This document shows positions 24,198-34,616 of a DNA stretch of 64,000 nucleotides, in pieces. The notes under the pieces are model-generated. The model was not told the DNA's origin, did not search any database, and was given only the letters and a program-made list of their open reading frames with translations. The DNA is taken from assembly GCA_001949185.1 (NCBI GenBank), contig BDGG01000003.1:635633-699632 (forward strand). The letters run 5' to 3'. Position 1 is the stretch's first letter. Every line of letters starts with the position of its first letter. The position numbers and the translations under genes are program-made. Source of the DNA: Ramazzottius varieornatus. Its lineage: Eukaryota > Animalia > Tardigrada.

Positions 24198-27171
24198 CTA
24201 ATACAATTGTTCAGCACAGGGCTGATCCCCAGCCGCAGAGTTGATCGCTTTCAGACGCGCTTCATCCCACAGCTGTTGACGTTGGGGATCAACCTTGCAA
24301 GTGGCTCTGTCGTAATGGTAGAAGTCTATAATAGGCCGCAAATGGTCGATGGCCAGTGTCACACCTACTTTGCGCGCCGCCAAGAAGGCTGCTCCATACG
24401 CGGAGGAGCCATCAAGTCGAAGCATTCGCAGAGGCGGAACAGCTTCATCCAACGCTTCCAGAAACCCTACAAAAAGATTGGTGAAGCATCCATATGAAAC
24501 ACATCAATGAAGAACTCAACCAGGAAAATTAATGTCAGTCAGGCCGTTCTTCTACGACAAACTGCACACGATCATTTCTCCATGTGACGCACTCTACCAG
24601 GCAGTAACAGTGGAAAGATGCGCCACCTGAGAAAACCGTCTTGTCGAGTTGTTCGAAGTGGCGCACGCTTCCAGCCATTAACAATGAAAGCGTGCGCCTC
24701 TTGATTTGAATATTCAGCTCAACCTTGAGCACGGCCTTAAGTCCGAACCTCTGACTGTCAAGGCCGTGCCGGACACAAAGTTGACTGCAGTACCCATAGG
24801 AAAACGGCAAAATTACCCAAGGCGAAATGAGTCTTTCTCCAGGCTGCACTTACCGTCTTTGAGGCATTCCCAGCTTTTCCAGACCGAGCCGACACAAACC
24901 ACCGGAACCCCATTCGGTTCTCGCAGCAGCTCTGGAGCAATGTGTGGAGTGATGGCATTGATGTGGTGGGCAAGACGTCGGCCGGCTTCATGGTACAAAT
25001 AGGCGCACAGCGGATCTCCCATCAGCGCACCTTCGGCAATACTGCTGGCCATATTGGCCACGGCTGCCTTCTGGAAGGGTGCGTAGTAATAGGGCAAGAT
25101 TTCCGAGCGTTGCTTCACCTTGAAGAACTTGAGCACTTGTTCGCGGAGGACATTGATGTCGAAGTGGCTTTGACGATAATTATCATCGTGTTCGAAGAGA
25201 ATCTTGACGGCGCGGGTGGCGATCCAGTAAGCCGAACCTTCGTCGGCCAACAGATGGCCCCATCCACCACACTTCATCTTGCTTCCATCTGGGTTCCGCA
25301 ACACGCAATTCGAGCCAGTTCCTAAAAAGAATAAACACACGTTCAATTCCATCCATGGTAGTATCTCTTTTTACGCCGTAGGCAAATTTGGTGATGTGGG
25401 CAAATAATTTGACCGGATCGTTTTCCCAAGTGGCGCCCACTTTCAGCCAACAGCAGTGTAAACGTGCGCCACTTGAAACGACACGCTGGTTCAGTCCCTT
25501 TTCCCACGATCCATCTTGATAGTCTTTTTGCTGCATAGATATTCTTTCAGGGAACGGTCAGGACGATCATACGCTGATCTTCATTTTGATGCTTTTACCT
25601 GACAGGTAGGTTTCTTAGCTTACTATAGAAAGCAGGAAGGGATGCTATGAACCCTCCCTGGAGCTGGAGAAAATCCTGAAAGCGTGGAGCCATTGTCTAC
25701 TCCGCACAGTACCACTAAGTTCTTAGGGTGTCTACTGATTCTTGTATCGTGGGTAGAATGGAGTCACCGGCAGCAAAAACGAAGTAAGTGTACTCCTGAA
25801 CACCTATATTGTTTCAGGTAAGTCAAAGAAAGTNNNNNNNNNNNNNNNNNNNNNNNNNNNNNNNNNNNNNNNNNNNNNNNNNNTTCTACCCCGATACAAG
25901 AATCAGTAGACACCCTAAGAACTTAGTGGTACTGTGCGGAGTAGACAATGGCTCCACGCTTTCAGGATTTTCTCCAGCTCCAGGGAGGGTTCATAGCATC
26001 ACTTCCTGCTCTTTATAGTAAGCCGAAAGACACTCCTATCAGCTACAAGCATCAAAATGATGATCGGCGTATGATCGTCCTGACCGTTTCCTCGTTAGAT
26101 GTTCTAAGTTAAGGAGATATTCTTCTTCCTGCATAAAGCAGAATATGCTATCCACTTTTACTACAGGGACGGTTAGCACTTGCTTCCCGATGCCAGGGCG
26201 CGAGTTATACCCTCCTGATCAGTGATCAGATCTGATAAAAGCCACCGCAACGCCAAACTGTGAAGACGGCATCTCCGCTCTACAGTACCGATTAGACCTT
26301 CCCGAAATCTGAATTTTAAAAGATGGCCATGCTTTCGTGGTTTCGAGAAAACTATATCGAACGTTATCAACGGAGCCCAATATCAATATCAAGGCCCTCG
26401 CTTGAGAAAGGGAGTGGGGCGGGGGAAAAAGATCCAGGGATTTCCGGTCATGTGATCCCTGTATCTTCCTTCCCGTGAGTTAGACGAATGGGTTCGGATG
26501 GTTTGGTTATCAGACGAAAATTTAGCTAAGGAGCGCTGAGTCTAGGAGCGATCTTGCCCTTATATTTTTCTTCTCTTATGGGTCTTACACCCCAAAGGGC
26601 CAAATATACACGTTACATAACTGGTATTAGGCATTAGACATTTTTACGTAATGCGCAAGCGTGCGCCACTCTACTTGGGCTTTGCTCACCTGTCCGAGGA
26701 ACCTCGGTAAACAGTGCCTGTCAATCACATCAACTTGCCTGACTCAAGAAAGACATGTCGGTATTTACCTGAGATAAGGACGATGCCGGTGAGTGATGGC
26801 AAGGCTGTGGCCAGCGATCCCATGGTATCGTTATAGATACAATAGTCCTGCGCCGGTTGGAAATGCGAATGGACATGCGACACCAATTTGTTGTTCATCG
26901 TCTCGTCATCCGCTCCAGCCAGACACAAGCCCAGACAAGAAATGACAACATCCCTGTCCAGCCTGGCATTGCGTCTCAAATCTGCCACCATCTGAGCAAT
27001 GTTCTTGGAGGTTTGTTCGATGCCGATATTCCACATGTTGGTCGTGTCGCTTGTGCTGGTGGCCAACACTTCGGCTCTCTCGTCGAGCAGTACGGCGTTG
27101 GACGATGTTCCTCCACCTTCCACGCCGGCGTAGTATCGCTTCTCAGTGTGTCCATTCTGCAAAGAAGACAT
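24198..27171 (-). CDS. NAGK: N-acetyl-D-glucosamine kinase (3 exons: about 26769-27171, 24854-25322, 24198-24466)
   Basis: YAGVEGGGTSS, GIVLISGTGSNC, CGGWGHLLADEGSAYWIA, VVCVGSVWKSW, SSAYGAAFLAA. Confidence 0.95.
24557..24673. repeat. Dispersed palindromic intronic repeat (other copies about 25405-25490 and 47088-47206)
   Basis: Shared core GTGCGCCACTT...GTCTTGTCGA...AAGTGGCGCAC forming an internal hairpin. Confidence 0.7.
25550..26091. mobile_element. Foldback/long-TIR element spanning the assembly gap in NAGK intron 1
   Basis: About 25550-25758 is the reverse complement of about 25884-26091; a 50-N gap at 25834-25883 lies between the arms. Confidence 0.8.
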
Positions 27172-27418
27172 GATTCAATATTGCAGATAGCAGATAGCAG
27201 ATAAACAGGATCAGCAAACTGAGCAAAGGAAGAAACTGCGCCGCTGTGATCGTCGCTGCCGATTATTCACGAAATCAGCTGACGAGCAACCAGGATTCAT
27301 GATCACGAGTTTGCAACATAAGTTAGAACACGCTACGCCGATATGGAGTACGTACAACCATATCTCGTGCATTACCGAAGCTGCGTAGCGGAAATCACTT
27401 CCGCTTTAGGTGGCAGCA

Positions 27419-27976
27419 TAGACCTGGCAATGGTGTGGTTTTACCACACGAGGAAAAAAACCACACTTTTTGGTTACGGTGTGCGCAGAACACCAAATCG
27501 AAAAAAGCGGTGTCCGTTCCACACCGAATTTTCGGTTTCGGTGTCCGAGGACACCACATTACATCAAACCGAAAAACTTCTGCTGCACCATTTCGTAGGA
27601 AGGCATGCCTTGATCGGGAACTAAGGCGGAGCACGACACGCTTTGAGTGGCCAAATATACAGGGAAAACCGACAGGACCAGTAGAATTAAGCATACTGAC
27701 GTCAGGTCTAGCTTTGGTGTGTGCATTGTTGTCATTTGGTTTCCGTTTGAAAATCTGTGTTACGCCAAGGTTTGCTCCCTAGCGGTTATTAAATAAAATT
27801 TTTGCTTTTCCGGTTTTTCGGTTTGGTGTGGTGTGGTGCATCAAAAGAGTGGTGTCTCATTCACACCAGACTGAAAAAAGTGATGTGACTTTCGCACCGA
27901 AAAAGTAGTTTCGGTGCGGAAGAACACCAGACCAAAACACACCCCACCACACTTACTCACACTTTTGCCAGGTCTA
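27419..27976. mobile_element. hAT MITE with perfect 12-bp TIR and 8-bp TSD, upstream of NAGK
   Basis: TGGCAGCA at 27411-27418 and 27977-27984; TIR TAGACCTGGCAA / TTGCCAGGTCTA; CACAC and ACCGAAAA subterminal repeats. Confidence 0.93.
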
Positions 27977-29060
27977 TGGCAGCACCAGAGCGGTGGCAGC
28001 GGTTCAGATACCAAAATCCCTGACCTTGGGCGGCTCGCCCAACCAGGCGTAGGCTAGCAAACCAGTCTGGGGTAGGAAACGATATAGCCCATATCAAACT
28101 TTCCGCTACACATGATTGACTGATTACTGAGGCGCGTAATTTTATAACACAATAGCTACGATTTTTTCCGATTGTTAGTTAAATTTTGTAAGTTTTCAAG
28201 ATTCTGGCGTTAAAACAGTTTCTTTCCGTCAGCTGATCCAGCAATGACTTAATATCGGACAGTTTCGATGAAGTGAAACAAACCGCCTCCCAAACACCAT
28301 GAGACTAACGTAAAGTATCACATCACAACATACAATCTACCGTCTGTAGAACGGCAGAACTTGTGATCGCTCTAGGAGAATGAGGAAGATTTTTAGGAGC
28401 TGCAAAATGAGTTTGAAATGATATAGCGAATAGCCTTCCCCTTCTCTCTGTCAGCCCTTATCTGTACAGAGTAGTACTTCCTGCTTCATGCACAGCCGTA
28501 GCTTCGTTCCCTTCCAAAGCAAAGGCGAGAACTGCACTACTCACTTGCTTTGCACTTCCTGCTTAGCGCTAGTTTCTGAAAAATCCAGAAAACTATAGGG
28601 AAACTCCAAACAGCGCTCTAATTTTACGTGTTCGCTGCAGATGAAACTTTCTCTCACTGGGTTCAGGCATACAAGAAATATCTTGATGTAGATTGAAAGT
28701 ATGCAAGCGCGAAATCAGGAAGTGTAATTTGTAAAGCCACCCGGTTGTAGGAAATTGTAGTGGAGCGCGATAATTGTTGTGCCATAAATCGCTAGATCTC
28801 TGAAGAGCGACTGTAGAATTATTGAGACTCTCCTTATGGAATCAAGCCTTTCAAGATTAGCGGTGTACACTGGAGAAATTTGTTGGGTGAGTCGAGTATA
28901 GCCATAATCTGTCCTAGACGAACAAATCGAAAACTTGGACAGGCCGCCGCACCGGCGGGCCTCAAAGCGGTTTTTTTCTTACATACTCGACAAAACCCGA
29001 GCTAAGTAATGGATGCTTCACGCAGTCAGCCAGTCCTTTTGTGTTTGGTGTTTGGCGATA

Positions 29061-29318
29061 CAGTGCACTCGCTCGAGATGGGTTACTTAATTTGACGGCT
29101 TTAATTCTGGGCCCGTCATATATTCACCAGACCGCATGCCAAGCCACCATTCAAAATTACATAAGATATACATAACACCATGCTTCGACCGATGGAATCA
29201 AGTAATCAAATAGCATGCGTCTTGCCGAGCTGCGGCAAGGCAAGCAGGCTTGTTAATGTTCCTGACCTTCAGTTTTGACGCCGTCAAATTAGGTAACACA
29301 TCTCGAGCGAGTGGACTG
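29061..29318. mobile_element. Tc1/mariner-type MITE family A, copy 2
   Basis: TA flanks, CAG...CTG termini, aligns end to end with 7398-7656. Confidence 0.9.
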
Positions 29319-29689
29319 TATTGAAGATGCGGGACATGTAGTGCGTTATTTTCTGCAAACGCAGTATCAGCAAAATAGACCTCACCCAAACATTATCGAC
29401 TGCTGTCAATGCGTATTACAAGTACCGGTCAGGCACAATTGATTGCTTTACACGAGCGGATTTAGTGCAATCAGTCCATATGGATCCTGTGCGTATCTTG
29501 TGCATGAAGTTCTCAAATAAAGGCCAATATTCAAAACTGGAACTTTCAGTACGTTGCGTCAGCAGATTTTACCTGTACTTAAAAATTACGTCATCCACAG
29601 GTCGTACATCAGGGCACTATCTGTCTTTCCCGGCAAATTATTTTGTACGGCCGCCGCTGGTGGCCTCAGTGTGGTGCTGTAGCGCTTAC

Positions 29690-31160
29690 GAACTTATATT
29701 TCTCACGCGTACCAGATACACTATGCACCTGTTCGTCGTTTCTACGTGGTTCTTTTGATCCTGACATTGTTGTTCTTCAAAACTATCCGTATTCACCATC
29801 TTTTTGACCGTCTGCAGCTGCGTACAGCCGCTTTCAGGCCTAATATTCTGTCGAGATGGAAAATGCTGAGTTGTTTGGCGTTGACAGCTTTAGTCCTGCT
29901 GTTAGCTGTTCAAGAGCTTGCAGTCTGGACCATCAGTGCCATGCAAAACATCCTATCAGCAAAAATTTTAAACTCGACCAGCGAAACGTTGATAGTCGGA
30001 GATCCAATGATGATGCTGTGGCGCAAGACGGTAGAAGGTAGTCTTCCGCATGTTCTCACATGTTTTGTCAGACCAAACCATCGTCGTGCTCGGTCTTTGG
30101 GCATTGATCGTGGTTAGCCTACTACAGTCCACCATCAAACAGCTAGAAGCCATTAGCGTGAATCAATGTGATCTGATAAAACAGTGACCTGGTGAAAAGC
30201 TGGATACCGTGATACGAGGAAGTGCGTAAACTGTGGGAAGATGTGAACGACGCCTGCATGCTGATATTTGGCGCCTTCTATGGATTTGACGTGGTGGCTA
30301 TGCTAGTGTATTATCGTGATGTCGGCTGTCGTTTTTTTCGTTCCGAAGGAAGTTCAGGCAGGTAATACAGGCATGGCCTTGATTGAGTGCAGGCAGACGA
30401 TCGTCTTGGTGATCCGCATCTTGATCATGACCATTCCACTGGTCTTGGTATACGAAAAGGTATGTATTCCCCAGCTTGGAATTGGCTCTGGTCAAGCAAG
30501 GCCCAACAGGACGCTTGAATTGTTTTTTTTCGAACGTGCAGGACAGGGCGTCATCGCAGCAGATAGTTACGTTGAAAGTTCCGGAGGCATCCGCCTTGGT
30601 TTTATCCCTTATGATAAGTCGGCACAGTTTGGTGGAAAGTAAACTCCAGCAGCTGAGCGTAATTTCTCCCTTCGATTTAGGGTTGCAACCTTGAAAGCTT
30701 CATCAGCGTTATGGAAAAACAAGCCGATTTCTCCCCGCTCATGTTTCAACCTTTTTGAACTAGCTAGTGGTTCTGATCACTGGAAAGGCCAAGCACAGGA
30801 GGTAAACCATTGCAGAGCGAGCACTGTTATTGCGCTGCGTTGCCTAATGCAAGCAATCGTTTTTCCTCGGTTCCCCAGTAGAATTTTTAATCGCCCCGAT
30901 AAAGTGGCGCGTCTTTTTTCAGTACTGTGTTTGCGATGTCTGAAAGCTCGAAGAATGTAATCGTCCATTGAAATTTCGACAGACTTAAAGGGGCCTCGCT
31001 TCGCTCAGCTTGATTATTCCGTGTTACCAGATCTTCAGTGCTCACGGTGAGTCATGGACTGTATATCCGTTACTGCAGGGAAACCCAATTGACCACTTAC
31101 TCGTTCCCACTATTTATTACAGACTTTTATGCTATTTGCGACATTTTGCCTCTTGTCTCT
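29690..31160 (+). pseudogene. Degenerate multi-TM gene, probably gustatory-receptor-like (7tm_7)
   Basis: Hydrophobic segments broken by stops and frameshifts (VNDACMLIFGAFYGFD, LVIRILIMTIPLVLVYEK followed by a GT donor, and a last exon LTTYSFPLFIT). Family assignment is tentative. Confidence 0.4.
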
Positions 31161-31298
31161 GGAACTTTTCTACCGCTGGGTTATTCTGACGCAGACATCC
31201 AGAACCGTCAACTGCATGCTTAGCTTTGAGGCATTCTAATCCATTTGTTCCATCTACAGTACATGTTGGTGAGAATACTATACTCGTACAGTAACGAT

Positions 31299-32415
31299 TC
31301 AAACGTGATAGACATCCACTGTAACCGAGTAGTCCTCGGAACAATTGGCAAATGGCCGAGCGCCACTTGGATCAGTCCAGTTCCGTAGGTAAACTGTCAA
31401 GTACCGCTTACATCCCAAATACTCCGACAATTGCTGCAACATCAGAAGGAAGATGTCAGTACCATCTTACGTACTGAGGCACGTCTAGTTTTAACAGTGA
31501 GGAAAGGGGAAAGCGCTACTTCTACACTTTGCGGTACCTGAGTTAACGGGCTGATGTTCTCGGCCATTGTAGCGGAGAACCCATCCCGCTTCGCAACTTC
31601 CATCAATTCCTTTTCCATCATAGTAAACGCAATCACGTTTTCCTCTGCCGTGTTTTCAAGCGATGCTCCCATCATAAATTTCGACAAGATCTGACCTACG
31701 ACAAAAATCTCGGGGCATTGGAATGTTTTGCCATGGAATGTATAACTTTAACTGTCGTTCTTGATTAATGAAAATCTTCTTGGCAAAGCTTCTCTTTAAT
31801 AAGTATGGTGCGCCATCTTACGTGGCTTCCCAAGAGGATTAAGTTGTTGTTGAGTAATAGCCGTCACTTCCTTCAGCATTTGGAAGATCGCGCAGAGATG
31901 GGGATGGAAGCTTTCATCGGGCTGAGCCTCATCAATGACGAGTTGATCAGCTGCCAGTACCGCGGCGCGTAGCTTGTCAGCCTGATCGACGATAACAAAG
32001 CTGTACTCCTGAAAGATGTGCCACCACGAGCTGTAAGCATTTAGGAAGTCCGCCAGTGTCATGTTACCACAAAGGGTAAACAGTTCGGTTTTATGGAGGA
32101 AGCTTTGGGCGAGAAGCTCTTGAGCGGCTCGCTGATCGCTATGACTGACTTGACTGAGTGGCTTCAAGAGGAACTTGGGCTGGAGGGTGGGCAAGCTGGC
32201 CTGGAGGAGGACTTGCTCAATGGAACCAGCTGTCAGGAACTGCTCTAATGTGATGGGTATACCCGACTGTTGGAGCTTGAGCACGGTGGAAACCAGGTTT
32301 AAAGACGTGCCGCCCATTTCTTGGAAACTGTGCTGTGGATGAATGTGTTGCGGGTCCACGCCCAGGTTATCGGCGATCACCGAAGCGAAGTTATCCCACG
32401 GACTTGAGTAAATAT
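31299..32415 (-). CDS. ebony: Ebony-like protein: thiolation (PCP) domain plus C-terminal amine-selecting domain; exons 31822-32415, 31538-31695, 31299-31433; 5' end not found
   Basis: FQEMGGTSL phosphopantetheine motif, QILSKFMMG, ENV..F.MME, NISPLTQQL and D.SG.RPF match Ebony. About 295 codons splice in frame without stops. Confidence 0.85.
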
Positions 32416-34616
32416 CTGTAAAAAAGCAAGAGTTCTCAAAGCTAAAGTACTAGAGTATAAAATACTCGCAACTTGATCAAATTAACTCTGCCGAAAGCCA
32501 ACTTTTACTGAAAATCTTATGCAAACCTAGGAAGTTTACAGTATCGATCTCGCGTTCATACCGGAAACATTGTTTTTCTATGTGACAAAACGAGGAAGAA
32601 ACTTTGTTCGAGATAACGCTGGCATGAATGCTGAATTCTGGAATTTGGTCAGTAAATAGTCCATGAATTGAGCGGCAATGGAGTGTTGATCAAGTACCTA
32701 TATTTCACTGCTTTTCAGTTTTACAATTCTTAAAAATGTAAACAAGCAAACAAACAGAAAGAAGCCTAGCACAAGCCTGAATTATTGGTTCCGAATATCC
32801 AAAATATAAAGTATTTCTTCTGGACCGCGAGAGCATGGAAAGGTTCCCGAAACACAGAGGGCGTTTCCTCCCTATCTATAATAAAAAGTTGTCTTCAGCT
32901 ATAACTGCAGAAATGTGTTTAGGGCGTGGATCGGGCAAGCGACTTACTCAATTCCGCTTTTAGGACAAGCAGCTCGAGGGCTGCTTATCTTGAAAGTAAG
33001 ATCAGCTAACCCCATGCACACTCGATTTAAAATTCCATTTCTCTTCCGTTTCCGAGGGGCCAACAACACGAGATATTAATAGCGAATTTCGTTTGGTATT
33101 GTTGATGCCTGTTATCGCCGAGGATGTAGAAGGGGGGAGCGGCCAGAAAGAAATGTCGGGGTTTCGGCAAAGTTTGGAGGCAAACTTCGCCCACCAACCC
33201 ACCCCGCGGAACTTTAATGCAAAATGTAAAATCTTTCAATTTCATAAGCGATATCGCTGGCGGGTGACACACCATGAATGGAAGGGAAAGTTGAATCTCA
33301 CGTACCTTCTTCTTCCATGATAAACCGCGCTTTGTGCAGCAGATATTCGTCAAATAGATGTATACTAAGAACTCCAACGTTTAGTGTGCAAAAGTCCAAA
33401 CTCAACGCGAAGAAGTCAGTGTTGGTTGTTCCTTACGACGTCCATTCTGTAACTTGCAAATGAAGGTTTGAGGAATAAATGCGAAGCTTTCAGAGCACAA
33501 CGCTCGCTTGAGTATCAAGTTGTTGATAGAAAGACGAGCCGGCAGGCCTGGATGTCAGACTTCAGGGAGCCGCAGCTGTTTACCCAGATCGAATCTTATC
33601 ACAATGGCGAGTTGTCGTGTTCATATATCAACCAGGAGAATGGCCGAATTTCATGCTTTTAGACTGCCTTATCGATCTGTTTGCCTGATAACCCTAGAAG
33701 CTGGCCGAAAGAAAACGCGAGCTCGTACGGTGAGATAGCCCACGCCTTTCAGTTTCTCGATCACTGCAAGCAATTGTACTAGTCAGGAAGTCCCTTGCTA
33801 ATCTGTGACGTCCACTCGAAATGGAACAGAGTGTTCGCGGAAAGATGGCCTTGTACACTCCAAACACAGGTCTAATGCTGCGCGATCGTTTCGTTCCCGG
33901 ACTTTGCAGTGAATAATGAGGACCAATTATAATTGTTTTTGCAAACTTCCTTGTTAGTATATGTCGGTATTTGAAACCGAACGAAGTTGATGGCTGTTTG
34001 AGAAAGACGATAATGCAGTGCAACTTTGAGCTGATAGCTATCAATATTACGCAGTCGATTACTCAATCGGCGTGCACGCGACATGGTCTTACCCATTCCA
34101 GCAATCACTTTCAATTTTGTTTTGCACTTCAAATTAAATCAAAGCAAATGCGCGGCTCGAGCTTCTGGTACAACAGCAGGTGGCAATATCATGGTCTTTT
34201 CACAAAGAGATGTCAAACGTCGGTATTTCGCCAGACTTGTTGCGGACGATGAAGGTTATGCAATCCGTCATTCATGTGGCAATTCGGCGAAGAACGCACA
34301 GCAGCGAACTTGCTCGTTTTCAAGTTGAGCCAGCTTCGGCGCCGGCAGGCTAAGGAGTCGAAATTGTCATGGACCTGCTTTTCCTTCCTCGCGAACTCCT
34401 TACTGTGCTGCCTTTCCAACACTGATCTTGAAAAACGAAGGAACTCGGTAAATCGTTCCTCCAAGGGTTCCACGTTGAATAATTTTATACCGTAAAGCTA
34501 ACGCCCTATAGATCTCTCCGAATACTTGAGCCACGTCCAGAGACGGTTGGAAGGTAAAATAAAATTTAGCATTCTGATATTCAGATGGCAGTGAGTGCAA
34601 AGGTACACAGTTCCCG

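Noticed and set aside
31796-32380. Carrier domain as a bacterial NRPS from horizontal transfer or contamination
   Set aside because: It has spliceosomal introns and the animal Ebony C-terminal domain.
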